Part shown: piece after piece, positions 49,065 to 58,691 of the stretch | Position numbering within the stretch: the stretch's first letter is position 1 | Layout of the letters: every line of letters begins with the position of its first letter | Source: a virus | Lineage: Duplodnaviria; Heunggongvirae; Uroviricota; Caudoviricetes | Reading direction: 5' to 3' (one strand) | Virus record (IMG/VR): IMGVR_UViG_2872147552_000001 | DNA length: 64,000 nucleotides | Translations under genes and position numbers: made by a program | The notes under the pieces: model-generated | What the model was told of the DNA's origin: nothing | Seen by the model: only the letters and a program-made list of their open reading frames with translations | The model's database searches: none

Positions 49065-49547
49065 TTACACGCCATCAAGGATGTGGATGCGGTTGCTTGC
49101 GTATACATTCAGCATAAAGTTAGCGCAAAACAGTTTCCATGTATCAACGCCAGCGGTATACGTAATGTTTTTGCATTTAATCGCATTGTTGGCGATCCGC
49201 ATCCCCTGCGATACTGCTTCATCGTCGGAAAATTTGAACGACGATTGAGTTTTAATCCAGACAGAAATCTGCGTAGCGAACTCAATCAGCTTGGACTGGC
49301 AGAATCGCCCGGAGCGCACCGGAAAGACGAACGTTCCGAATCCAGAATTTACCACATACGCTTTCTCAAATACCCGCGAGTAACGACGATTGCCAATGAT
49401 GTCGCGTGCAATAATGCATTTTTCTTGTGCTGACAGTTCTACCGTCTCATTGTCGCGCCATGCACCAAGTACTCGTTTTTCAATGTCAGAGAACGTTACA
49501 GCGATATTGCCATGTGCGGGTGCGTTTACAGTAGCGATAAAATTCAT
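49065..49547 (-). CDS. hypothetical protein
   Basis: 160-aa ORF with AAGGA RBS; GAAAACAA.TTGTTTTC-type operator upstream. Confidence 0.55.
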   Translation of the reverse strand: MNFIATVNAPAHGNIAVTFSDIEKRVLGAWRDNETVELSAQEKCIIARDIIGNRRYSRVFEKAYVVNSGFGTFVFPVRSGRFCQSKLIEFATQISVWIKTQSSFKFSDDEAVSQGMRIANNAIKCKNITYTAGVDTWKLFCANFMLNVYASNRIHILDGV

Positions 49548-49724
49548 GATTAATTCCTTATCGTAAATAACAAATTGTTTTCTTGTTGGTGTTAATTATC
49601 GTTGTACGAATAAGGCGTCAAAGTGGAAAGTTGCGGTAGCCGGACGGGAACAGGTGGGTTTGTCGGTTGCCTGGAGGTAAGAGGTTGGTGTTTTTAGCCT
49701 GCGGGAAACAGGATGGTCATTTAA

Positions 49725-49744
49725 GGCCACCAGCATTGGTGGCC
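49725..49744. terminator. hairpin terminator (ggccaccagcattggtggcc)
   Basis: Perfect 8-bp stem immediately downstream of the 49752 gene stop; related hairpins at about 50196-50216, 51821-51839, 58827-58847, 63100-63120. Confidence 0.55.
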
Positions 49745-49751
49745 TTAATCT

Positions 49752-50039
49752 TTAGTGGAGCAGACCGATGTCGATGGTATCCCCTGAATCATCCACACGG
49801 ATCATCAGCATGGCGAAGGCGTTTAGTGGATAACTGGCGTGCCATTCAGGGAAGCGGTCATCTCGCATGAAGTCGGCAATGTCGTAAACGCATCCCTCAA
49901 AGTGGAAGAATCGCGTGCTTACCTGCTCGTCATATTCCACATGATCCATTTCTTGCTGTTCTGTTTCCGGCAAGTCCAGCCATGATTCAAGGAATACATT
50001 TTGTGCTTTAGGGGTAATGGTGAAATCAGTCATGAGCAT
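49752..50039 (-). CDS. small acidic protein
   Basis: Start at MLMTDFTITPK with GAGGA RBS (track ORF to 50165 would cover the upstream operator); strongly acidic. Confidence 0.55.
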   Translation of the reverse strand: MLMTDFTITPKAQNVFLESWLDLPETEQQEMDHVEYDEQVSTRFFHFEGCVYDIADFMRDDRFPEWHASYPLNAFAMLMIRVDDSGDTIDIGLLH

Positions 50040-50368
50040 ATCCTCACTGCGTAAACATGTTGTTTTCTTGTTGGTGTAATTATCGCAGTGTAGATAAGGC
50101 ATAAAAGAAGTTAATACAGGCTGAATACACAAGAAAGGTTCTGGAAGTTGATAGCCAGGTTTCAAACTAACCTTCGGTTATTAAAAGTCATTTAAGACCA
50201 CCAATGCTGGTGGCCTTAATAATTATCGACCGATTACGCTAAGGATCTTTTCCTCAACTGATTTGTTGTTGCGACTAAACTGCCTTGCGTATCTGATGAC
50301 AGAAGAGGCGTTTTGCTTTCTGACCATCTCGGCTCTTTCCTTCAGGCGTTTCTTGAAATCGCCCATAT

Positions 50369-50743
50369 TTACCACCAGGCGCAGAAGGTCAGTCTGTTAT
50401 TGTGAAAGTCGTGGTTCTTAATCAGATCTTCCACAATCTCTTTCAACTCCCCCACATCATGCCAGTAACCTTCATCGTACTCCTGACTGCCGAAGAAAAA
50501 ACCTTCCCGGGTAGGCAAGTACTCTTCGCAATTACTTTCGTTTATGTGCATCAAATGAGCCTTCAGAAAACAAATGTCATTCATCGTTAATTCTAAAAGC
50601 TCACAATTTTCGACTTCACCTACGTTGCGCTCCATCCACCCAACGAGCGCATTGAACTTACGGAAGTAAGCAACCTGCTTTCTGGATGCCTCGTTATTCA
50701 GATCGTTTTTAGGCTGTGTCTCGATATAGATATCAAGTCCCAT
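50369..50743 (-). CDS. small acidic protein
   Basis: Start at MGLDIYIETQ with AAGGAAA RBS (track to 50785). Confidence 0.55.
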   Translation of the reverse strand: MGLDIYIETQPKNDLNNEASRKQVAYFRKFNALVGWMERNVGEVENCELLELTMNDICFLKAHLMHINESNCEEYLPTREGFFFGSQEYDEGYWHDVGELKEIVEDLIKNHDFHNNRLTFCAWW

Positions 50744-50860
50744 GATGGTTTCCTTATTAAGTTGCTTCAGTGAAATCATTTTCACAAATCAGATAAGGCA
50801 GAAAACAAATTGTTATCGGGCATAAGAAAATGGCGCGGTTTACGCGCCATTTAAAGAGGA

Positions 50861-51256
50861 TTAAGCGAATACGCTTTCAGGGATTAAGGTGTCGGCAGGA
50901 ATGCCAGAGGTAATGCGCAGGCCGTACTGACCAATCCAGGCAGTGTTGGTATTCAGGTTGGAGGCGAATACGGTGTCAACCATATTCATCATTGGTTCAA
51001 ACACCTCTTCATCAACCTGGCGGAAGTAGTTCTCGATTTTCAGCAGCAGCGGGTCAGTTGCATCGAAAATAGACTGGTATTGAATCGCGTACTCGCCGCC
51101 GGAGGCATCACCTTTACGCACGATCGTACTGGCCTGGACTTCGGCACCAGTTTCGGTGTTGTACGTAACAACGGTGATTTTTGCCACATTCTTACCTTCG
51201 GCGGTTTCAGAGGCATAGTAAACATCAACTGTCAGTTTTTCGCGTTTAACGGTCAT
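50861..51256 (-). CDS. hypothetical protein
   Basis: Start at MTVKREKLTVDVYY with GGAGAG RBS (track to 51322); TAAGTA-TG-TACTTA operator at about 51301-51316. Confidence 0.55.
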   Translation of the reverse strand: MTVKREKLTVDVYYASETAEGKNVAKITVVTYNTETGAEVQASTIVRKGDASGGEYAIQYQSIFDATDPLLLKIENYFRQVDEEVFEPMMNMVDTVFASNLNTNTAWIGQYGLRITSGIPADTLIPESVFA

Positions 51257-51326
51257 TTCACTCTCCGTAGTGTATTGGTTATTTTTATATTCTATGATCG
51301 TAAGTATGTACTTACAATACAAAAAA

Positions 51327-51347
51327 GCCCCGTAAGGATGGCGGGGC
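51327..51347 (-). terminator. rho-independent terminator
   Basis: gccccgtaaggatggcggggc hairpin followed on minus strand by TTTTTTG. Confidence 0.7.
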
Positions 51348-51382
51348 TGTCGTACTGTCGACTAATTACCACTTGCACATTA

Positions 51383-51694
51383 TCAGGCTATTGCCATCAC
51401 TGATGCTCTCTGAATTTCTTGCTGGGCCACGCGGTTAACTTCCATCAAAGCCAGTTCGAGCTGATGTTCCGGCCACATTCTTTGAAATGCCATCCAGCCT
51501 TTTCCACGCTGGCGACGAACATTCATTACATAACGAGTAAAGGTGTTTTTATCGAAAGACACCGCTGTTTCACGGAACAGACGAATAGAGGTTCCATTGG
51601 CAACGATGTCCAGCAAAGTTAATTGAGCAACCAGCGCAGGCTTCTCTTTTCTCTTCTGGTCTTTGTCCAGACCAAGAACCAATGATTTTTTCAT
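51383..51694 (-). CDS. hypothetical small basic protein
   Basis: Start at MKKSLVLGLDK with ACGGAG RBS (track to 51724). Confidence 0.5.
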   Translation of the reverse strand: MKKSLVLGLDKDQKRKEKPALVAQLTLLDIVANGTSIRLFRETAVSFDKNTFTRYVMNVRRQRGKGWMAFQRMWPEHQLELALMEVNRVAQQEIQRASVMAIA

Positions 51695-51848
51695 CACAAC
51701 TCCGTAAACAACTTGTTTTCTCAATGGCGTAAATAATACCAGTAAGAAAACGGCTACAAAGCATAATGATCAGGTGCATGATCGATATGCAGGTTCTTCC
51801 CTGCGGCTACATATTAAGTTAAGCCAGCAATGCTGGCTTTGGTTGGGG

Positions 51849-52178
51849 TTACTCGAATACTTCAAGAAACTCCTGAACGTCCCAATGCTGGACGAGGTGA
51901 AGATAGACCTTAGAAATCACGTCATTTTCGCTATCGCATGTGAAGTAGTACTTCTGGCTGCGGTTGTATGTGTCCACACAAAATTCGCTCATATCCATAA
52001 AGTCAGCATCTTCACCCATGTCGCAAATCATCAAAGCAGGTGCGTCATCACGAGTCATCAGCTCAAGCACCCACCGCGAATTGATCAGAGTGGAAGACCA
52101 ACCTTCTAACTCATAAAACTGATCAAACTCTTTTTGAGTTAATTTCTTGATTTGGTTGATGTCGATATTTGCAAACAT
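51849..52178 (-). CDS. small acidic protein
   Basis: Start at MFANIDINQIKKL with AAGGA RBS (track to 52196); net charge about -17. Confidence 0.55.
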   Translation of the reverse strand: MFANIDINQIKKLTQKEFDQFYELEGWSSTLINSRWVLELMTRDDAPALMICDMGEDADFMDMSEFCVDTYNRSQKYYFTCDSENDVISKVYLHLVQHWDVQEFLEVFE

Positions 52179-52537
52179 AAAGCAATCCTTAAACAACTTG
52201 TTTTCTTGATGGTGTTATTATCGCAATAACGCACAGGCGAAAAAGGATTTTATTCCGGTGAATGTGGTTTTGGCAGTGAGTTTTCAGGTTCAGTACCGAG
52301 TACACTTTTTACATTATTCTGATTTAGTGGCCGAAGGTGGCTGGTGGGCAGAATAATCATCTCCCCGAAAACCTACTGAAATCGATTGTGACCCGTTGGC
52401 TGTCTGGCACAATTACGCTGTAGCTGGGCATTCAGAGGGAGTCCAACGGTAAGTTAGTCCGCCTGCACGTGAGCGCCTCTCTTCTTCCCGCACATTACAG
52501 GTGGGTAGCCGCAACTCTCCCTCACGCTATACCGGTA

Positions 52538-52680
52538 CGCCGCCGTTCCTGAACCGGCATCGAGCCTTTTCCCGAAATCCACACAGGCAACTCGACCGTT
52601 TCCCTGAAAACCTCCAGCCGTTCCCCGAAGGCAACCCAGCCGTTTCTGTAGCGGGATGCAGCTTTTTCCCTGTATGGACC
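52538..52680. repeat. iteron-like direct repeats (GCCGTTTCCCGAAAA family), cluster B
   Basis: About six units spaced 22-31 bp (gccgttcctgaa, gccttttcccgaaa, accgtttccctgaaaa, gccgttccccgaagg, gccgtttctgtag, gctttttccctgta). Confidence 0.55.
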
Positions 52681-53731
52681 GAAGGCTGACCGTAGGGGTG
52701 TTACGGGGGATAAAATCAGGAGTTGAATAAATACGAAAAAGGAGGCGACACCCCTCCTTCCCTCCCCACTTATACATACCTGGCTTCTTCGCTATACATG
52801 TTGTGTTTTATTCGTGTTTTATCTGTCTCAACCTCTCTATGGACGTTAACACTCACTCCTTCCAGAACGTTCTATACGGCGACTAATTCTGTTGGTGAAT
52901 TGGGTGTGTTGTTCTCTCTGTCGGTGTATGTGGTTTCGTTCGTTTTGCGGTGGTTCTTCTATGGGGTGTTCTCGTCGTTTTGGTGATTGTTCTTCTCCGT
53001 GTATGGAGTAATGGCAGGTGGGCGATTCCTTTCGTTGTTGTGTTTGAGTTGTTTGTCTGGAGTGTGAAAGGCTTTTGTAGTTATTCGTGTATTGGGTAAT
53101 GGCGTTTCCCGTGATTGTTCTGTTTCGTGTCTTTTGGGATTGAGAGAAGCCTTGCGGTTACAGGCTTCGTTGGGGGTTCAGTGATTCTGGTGTTTCTTCG
53201 CTGTTTGGGTAATGGCGTGTCGTGGGTATCGCGCGTATGAATGTTTTCGGATTGCCTGTGAAAGTTAGGTTGGTTGTCCGGTAGCCTGGGGAGAAGAGGT
53301 GGGTCTTTTCGGTAGCCTGCCATAAAGAGGTTGGTTGTTTTTGGAAATGGCATATGTGTTATTTAGTTGTTTTGTTATGCCTGAAAATAAGTTGTTTATA
53401 TGGTTATGTAACGCAACGGGAACGATTTTGAGCGTGTGTTTTTGTTGGTAGTGTGTTGGGTCGTCTGTGGTGAAAATTGGACGCTGTGGCGCTGTCTGCT
53501 GCGTAGAATTACGGGTATAAGCAGTGATGTGTGAAAACGTCAATTTTTTAGACCAAATAGGGTGAAAGCGTTGATGTTTCGTTGATCTGTTATTTAGTTG
53601 TTTTCTTGTTTGTATAAACAACTATAACCTATTGATATTTAAGGATGTGATTGCGGGTATGGAAGGGGAGTAGTGGCGATCAACGGATTCTTATAGAAAA
53701 GAATCAAATTGTGACCGCCATTATCAATGTT

Positions 53732-54466
53732 TTACTTAGTTTTGTTTAGCAGAGAGAGAATTTCATCACTAATTTCACTCGCCTGTTTGATAGCCAATGC
53801 AGTTACCTCTTCTATGGTTGGTGACTGTTGATGCTCATGTTTGGTTTCAGTTATGACAATGTGTTCTTCACCTGAATTTGCGCATAGTGCCGCATTGACT
53901 ATAAGGTTTGAGTAAGAATTTAGCAGAGCACTGTTGATAAACGCTTTCACGGTATTACTGTCTGCACCAAATACATCTTTTCTGACCGCTTCAGCCTCAC
54001 AGCGAACCCCTGCAGCAACATCGTGAAGAACATGTATGGCCTTGGAGCTTGTTTGTTCACAGTACTCAATCATTATTGTCGAATTGTTCTGTTCAACAAA
54101 TGATCTGATGCCTGACGATTCACCCATAGCATCGAAGGCAGCGTGACCCGCACTAGTAGAGATATCTTCGTAGAGTTCTTCATCGCTATCTTTTTCTTCA
54201 GGTGTCGAGGTGTCTTCATCGTCGTAATAGATATTGCCTTTAATCAGTGTTTTGGATACTTGATATAAACAATAAGAGACGAGATTTAAGCATTGGATTT
54301 TAGCTGTATTGTCCTTTGTCGCCTCGCTCTTCAGTTCTTTCGCTTCTTCAGTAAGGCTGTTGATAAGACTTTGTATTTTTTCCAACGCGTTAGGTGCACA
54401 CTCCGCGTTGTCCATAAAGAATTTATAACCAGTTCCAGGGATTTCTAAACTTTTCAACTTTTTCAT
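53732..54466 (-). CDS. hypothetical acidic protein
   Basis: 244-aa ORF, first gene left of the metG-proximal operator pair. Confidence 0.55.
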   Translation of the reverse strand: MKKLKSLEIPGTGYKFFMDNAECAPNALEKIQSLINSLTEEAKELKSEATKDNTAKIQCLNLVSYCLYQVSKTLIKGNIYYDDEDTSTPEEKDSDEELYEDISTSAGHAAFDAMGESSGIRSFVEQNNSTIMIEYCEQTSSKAIHVLHDVAAGVRCEAEAVRKDVFGADSNTVKAFINSALLNSYSNLIVNAALCANSGEEHIVITETKHEHQQSPTIEEVTALAIKQASEISDEILSLLNKTK

Positions 54467-54511
54467 TTCTTTGATAATCCTAAAAACAAACTACCAATGC
54501 TTTAATATCTG

Positions 54512-54811
54512 TTACCAGTTCCAGCACTCAAGCCCTTCAACGACCGGTGCACCACAATCAAAATGTACAGAGTCAAAGCCTACATCAAGTACTTTCTGAA
54601 TGTTAGCAATCGCGCCTTCGGATATACCATATCGACGCAAGTCCTCTTTCCAGACATCATCCTGTAACCCGGCGTGGACAATACAACCGCCGTCAATTTG
54701 CGAAACCCAATCCAGCTCATTGCTTGCGATCATGAATCGGCGAGCATCTTCCTCTGATGTATGAGATGAACTGATCAATGCCACCTGGTAGGCTTGGGTA
54801 ATGTTCAACAT
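54512..54811 (-). CDS. small acidic protein
   Basis: About 99 aa; two GAAAACAA.TTGTTTTC-type operators at 54823-54885 immediately upstream. Confidence 0.5.
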   Translation of the reverse strand: MLNITQAYQVALISSSHTSEEDARRFMIASNELDWVSQIDGGCIVHAGLQDDVWKEDLRRYGISEGAIANIQKVLDVGFDSVHFDCGAPVVEGLECWNW

Positions 54812-54931
54812 TTCAACCACTCCGAAACAATTTGTTTTCTTATGTGGTTTATTATCTCCATCAACAAAAGGCAGAAAACAAATTGTTTTAGGTACTGTGT
54901 AAATCAGAAGGGATTGTGTCTATATGAAAAT

Positions 54932-54950
54932 GCCCGGCGTGTTGCCGGGC
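54932..54950 (-). terminator. metG rho-independent terminator
   Basis: gcccggcgtgttgccgggc hairpin followed on minus strand by ATTTTCAT, 20 nt after metG stop. Confidence 0.75.
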
Positions 54951-54972
54951 ATTGCGAAGAGAGGTTGTTTAA

Positions 54973-57006
54973 TTACTTAACCTGGTGGCCAGGTTTAGCA
55001 CCAGCATCCGGGCTTAACAGGAAGATATCTTTCCCGCCGGGGCCAGCAGCCATCACCATGCCTTCAGAGATACCGAAGCGCATTTTACGTGGTGCCAGGT
55101 TAGCCACCATAATGGTGTGACGACCAATCAGTGCCTGTGGATCTGGATAAGCGGAACGGATGCCTGAGAAGACATTACGCTTTTCACCACCGAGATCCAG
55201 CGTCAGGCGAAGCAGTTTGTCAGAACCTTCTACAAACTCTGCGTTTTCAATCAGCGCCACGCGCAGGTCAACTTTGGCGAAGTCGTCAAAGGTGATAGTT
55301 TCCTGAATCGGGTCGTCAGCCAGTGGGCCAGTTACCGGTGCGGCTGTGGCTTTCACTTCTTCTTTGGATGCTTCCACCAGTGCTTCAACCTGCTTCATAT
55401 CGATGCGGTTATACAGTGCCTTGAACGGATTTACTTTATGGCCCAGCAGCGGTTGCTGGATACCATCCCAGGTCAGTTCTGTATTCAGGAATGCTTCTGC
55501 ACGTTCAGTCAGTTTCGGCAGTACCGGCTTCAGGTACGTCATCAGCACGCGGAACAGGTTAATGCCCATAGAGCAAATCGCCTGCAGATCGGCATCGCGA
55601 CCTTCCTGCTTCGCCACCACCCACGGAGCCTGTTCATCGACATAGCGGTTAGCCAGGTCAGCCAATGCCATGATTTCACGGATAGCTTTACCAAATTCGC
55701 GGCTTTCCCATGCTTCGCCAATCACTTCAGCGGCATCAGTAAAGGTTTTGTACAGTTGCGGGTCAGCCAGTTCGCTTGCCAGCACGCCGTCAAAACGCTT
55801 GTTTATAAAGCCTGCATTACGGGAGGCCAGGTTAACCACTTTGTTCACGATATCGGCATTCACGCGCTGAACGAAATCCTCCAGGTTGAGATCGATATCA
55901 TCAATGCGCGAAGAGAGTTTCGCAGTGTAGTAGTAACGCAGGCTGTCGGCGTCAAAATGATTCAGCCAGGTGCTGGCTTTAATAAAGGTGCCGCGAGACT
56001 TGGACATCTTCGCGCCGTTCACCGTCACATAGCCGTGAACAAACAGGTTGGTCGGCTTGCGGAAGTTGCTGCCTTCCAGCATGGCAGGCCAGAACAGGCT
56101 GTGGAAGTAAACAATATCTTTACCGATGAAGTGGTACAGCTCGGCGGTGGAGTCTTTCTTCCAGTATTCATCGAAGCTGGTGGTATCGCCGCGCTTGTCG
56201 CACAGATTCTTGAAGGAACCCATGTAGCCAATCGGCGCGTCCAGCCAGACGTAGAAATATTTGCCCGGCGCGTCCGGAATTTCAAAACCGAAGTAAGGCG
56301 CATCGCGGGAGATATCCCACTGTTGCAGGCCGGATTCAAACCATTCCTGCATTTTGTTCGCCACCTGCTCCTGCAACGCGCCGCTGCGGGTCCATGCCTG
56401 CAACATTTCGCTGAAAGAAGGCAGATCAAAGAAGAAGTGTTCGGAATCACGCATTACCGGGGTAGCGCCAGAAACCACCGATTTCGGCTCGATCAATTCA
56501 GTCGGGCTATATGTTGCGCCGCAGACTTCACAGTTATCGCCGTATTGATCTGGCGCTTTACATTTCGGGCAGGTGCCTTTTACAAAACGATCCGGCAGGA
56601 ACATGCCTTTTTCCGGGTCGTACAACTGAGAGATAGTGCGGTTTTTAATAAAACCGTTCTCTTTCAGGCGAGTATAGATAAGCTCAGACAACTGACGGTT
56701 CTCTTCGCTGTGCGTCGAGTGATAGTTGTCATAGCTGATGTTAAAGCCTGCGAAATCAGTCTGGTGTTCCTGACTCATTTCGCCAATCATCTGCTCCGGT
56801 GTGATACCAAGCTGCTGCGCTTTCAGCATGATCGGCGTACCGTGGGCATCGTCGGCACAGATGAAATTAACCTCGTGGCCGCGCATTCGCTGGTAACGAA
56901 CCCAGACATCAGCCTGGATGTGCTCCAGCATATGGCCGAGGTGGATTGAGCCGTTAGCGTACGGCAGCGCGCACGTCACCAGAATTTTCTTCGCGACTTG
57001 GGTCAT
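54973..57006 (-). CDS. metG: methionine--tRNA ligase
   Basis: 677-aa product starting [37 protein letters not shown] and KMSKS motifs, Zn knuckle CPKC...CEVC; recalled from memory as near-identical to E. coli MetG; track ORF has a 43-codon spurious N-terminal extension. Confidence 0.97.
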   Translation of the reverse strand: MTQVAKKILVTCALPYANGSIHLGHMLEHIQADVWVRYQRMRGHEVNFICADDAHGTPIMLKAQQLGITPEQMIGEMSQEHQTDFAGFNISYDNYHSTHSEENRQLSELIYTRLKENGFIKNRTISQLYDPEKGMFLPDRFVKGTCPKCKAPDQYGDNCEVCGATYSPTELIEPKSVVSGATPVMRDSEHFFFDLPSFSEMLQAWTRSGALQEQVANKMQEWFESGLQQWDISRDAPYFGFEIPDAPGKYFYVWLDAPIGYMGSFKNLCDKRGDTTSFDEYWKKDSTAELYHFIGKDIVYFHSLFWPAMLEGSNFRKPTNLFVHGYVTVNGAKMSKSRGTFIKASTWLNHFDADSLRYYYTAKLSSRIDDIDLNLEDFVQRVNADIVNKVVNLASRNAGFINKRFDGVLASELADPQLYKTFTDAAEVIGEAWESREFGKAIREIMALADLANRYVDEQAPWVVAKQEGRDADLQAICSMGINLFRVLMTYLKPVLPKLTERAEAFLNTELTWDGIQQPLLGHKVNPFKALYNRIDMKQVEALVEASKEEVKATAAPVTGPLADDPIQETITFDDFAKVDLRVALIENAEFVEGSDKLLRLTLDLGGEKRNVFSGIRSAYPDPQALIGRHTIMVANLAPRKMRFGISEGMVMAAGPGGKDIFLLSPDAGAKPGHQVK

Positions 57007-57163
57007 AGTAGGCATTACTTCTTTGTAGTGAAAAGGGGCTTGATAGTAACAAAATGGCCTTATGTCTGCCATGTGATAACAGCATTTCTCATAAATGATT
57101 AAATGTCGTAGCTGGAGTACACTACAAGGCGACAATTGCGCAAATTAAAATAAAGGAGACGGG

Positions 57164-58264
57164 ATGAGCGAGTCCAAATCGCCGGATGCCCTGAGAGCAA
57201 TGGTAGCCGGTACGCTGGCTAATTTTCAGCACCCAACCCTGAAACACAACCTGACTACGCTTAAAGCGTTACACCATGTTGCGTTGATGGATGACACACT
57301 GCATGTCGAACTAATCATGCCTTTCGTGTGGAATAAGCCTTTTGAAGACCTGAAAGAGCAATGTAGTGGTGATCTGCTCCGTATCACTGGCGCAAAGGCT
57401 ATTGACTGGAAGCTGTCGTACAACATTGCCACGCTTAAGCGCGTCAAAAACCAACCAGGCATTAATGGCGTTAAGAACATTATCGCCGTCAGCTCAGGCA
57501 AGGGCGGCGTGGGTAAATCCTCCACGGCGGTAAACCTGGCACTGGCGTTGGCTGCTGAAGGTGCGAAAGTTGGTATTTTGGATGCCGATATCTATGGTCC
57601 ATCAATTCCAACCATGCTGGGTGCGGAAAACCAACGTCCAACCTCACCTGACGGTACTCACATGGCACCTATCATGTCTCATGGCCTGGCAACCAACTCT
57701 ATTGGTTATCTGGTCACCGACGACAATGCAATGGTGTGGCGTGGACCGATGGCCAGCAAGGCGCTGATGCAGATGTTGCAGGAAACTCTATGGCCTGATC
57801 TGGACTATCTCGTTCTCGATATGCCGCCGGGCACTGGTGATATTCAGTTGACGCTGGCGCAGAACATTCCTGTAACTGGTGCGGTTGTGGTAACTACGCC
57901 GCAAGACATCGCGCTGATCGATGCGAAGAAAGGCATTGTGATGTTCGAAAAAGTCGAAGTGCCGGTACTGGGTATCGTCGAAAACATGAGTGTGCATATT
58001 TGCAGTAACTGCGGTCATCACGAGCCAATTTTTGGCACCGGTGGCGCACAGAAACTGGCCGAGAAATACAACACGCAGTTGTTAGGCCAAATGCCACTTC
58101 ATATCTCTCTTCGTGAAGATCTGGATAACGGAACACCAACCGTTATTAGTCGTCCAGATAGCGAATTTACGGCTATTTATCGTGACCTCGCAGATCGCGT
58201 TGCCGCCCAAATGTATTGGCAAGGTGAAGTAATACCTGGCGAAATCGCATTCCGCGCAGTGTGA
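57164..58264 (+). CDS. apbC: Fe-S cluster carrier ATPase Mrp/ApbC
   Basis: P-loop SGKGGVGKSST, CxxC motif ICSNCGHH; 366 aa; divergent from metG as in the E. coli chromosome. Confidence 0.95.
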   Translation: MSESKSPDALRAMVAGTLANFQHPTLKHNLTTLKALHHVALMDDTLHVELIMPFVWNKPFEDLKEQCSGDLLRITGAKAIDWKLSYNIATLKRVKNQPGINGVKNIIAVSSGKGGVGKSSTAVNLALALAAEGAKVGILDADIYGPSIPTMLGAENQRPTSPDGTHMAPIMSHGLATNSIGYLVTDDNAMVWRGPMASKALMQMLQETLWPDLDYLVLDMPPGTGDIQLTLAQNIPVTGAVVVTTPQDIALIDAKKGIVMFEKVEVPVLGIVENMSVHICSNCGHHEPIFGTGGAQKLAEKYNTQLLGQMPLHISLREDLDNGTPTVISRPDSEFTAIYRDLADRVAAQMYWQGEVIPGEIAFRAV

Positions 58265-58270
58265 TAAAAA

Positions 58271-58289
58271 GGCGGTGCATTGCACCGCC
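58271..58289. terminator. bidirectional terminator between apbC and UmuD'-like gene
   Basis: ggcggtgcattgcaccgcc hairpin flanked by A-run / T-run. Confidence 0.65.
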
Positions 58290-58301
58290 TAATCAGTTCT
58301 C

Positions 58302-58691
58302 CTACATCACGGGACAATCATCAAACTCGCCACTTCTTGCGTCGTTGATAATGTGAGTGATCACACCAAACACGGCATTGCTGCCCGTGCATCCATCGTC
58401 ATCCTTTGGCAATGCTTCCTTCTTACCGGTTCTTAAATCCTCCAGATGCTGACGTGGGTACTTCCGGTATCTTTTTACGCGATATTCCCCATCCAGAGCG
58501 CATACAAGCAGAGAACCATCAACCGGGGTAAGCGAGGAATCGACCACCAGCAATGCACCCTGTAATATTCCCTCACGATGATGACTATCAGCTGCCCTCA
58601 TGAAGTAGGTCGCTGAAGGATGTCTAATTATCTGCTGATCAAGAGAAATACGGCTCTCAGCATAATCCGCCGCAGGAGAAGGGAAGCCCAT
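58302..58691 (-). CDS. UmuD'-like S24 peptidase (lacks N-terminal arm)
   Basis: Begins MGFPSPAADYAE (equivalent to the UmuD cleavage-site region), retains Ser (DSH) and Lys (RVKRYRK) of the catalytic dyad; 129 aa. Confidence 0.75.
   Translation of the reverse strand: MGFPSPAADYAESRISLDQQIIRHPSATYFMRAADSHHREGILQGALLVVDSSLTPVDGSLLVCALDGEYRVKRYRKYPRQHLEDLRTGKKEALPKDDDGCTGSNAVFGVITHIINDARSGEFDDCPVM

Noticed and set aside
48934-49248. 104-aa plus-strand ORF across the iteron cluster
   Set aside because: The reading frame runs through the direct repeats without a repeated peptide pattern, and there is no RBS; judged non-coding
52454-53621. ORFs in the iteron and G+T-rich tract (52454..52777, 52501..52689, 52723..52986, 53081..53353, 53265..53621)
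   Set aside because: Extreme composition bias, overlapping opposite-strand frames, Pro/Thr/Arg-rich products; region better explained as non-coding repeats
55438-56949. 503-aa plus-strand ORF antisense to metG
   Set aside because: metG on the minus strand is unambiguous; the antisense product is low-complexity with no motif
57007-57135. N-terminal 43-codon extension of the metG track ORF
   Set aside because: The E. coli-like MetG N-terminus ([12 protein letters not shown]) begins at the internal ATG; the extension is not part of known MetG
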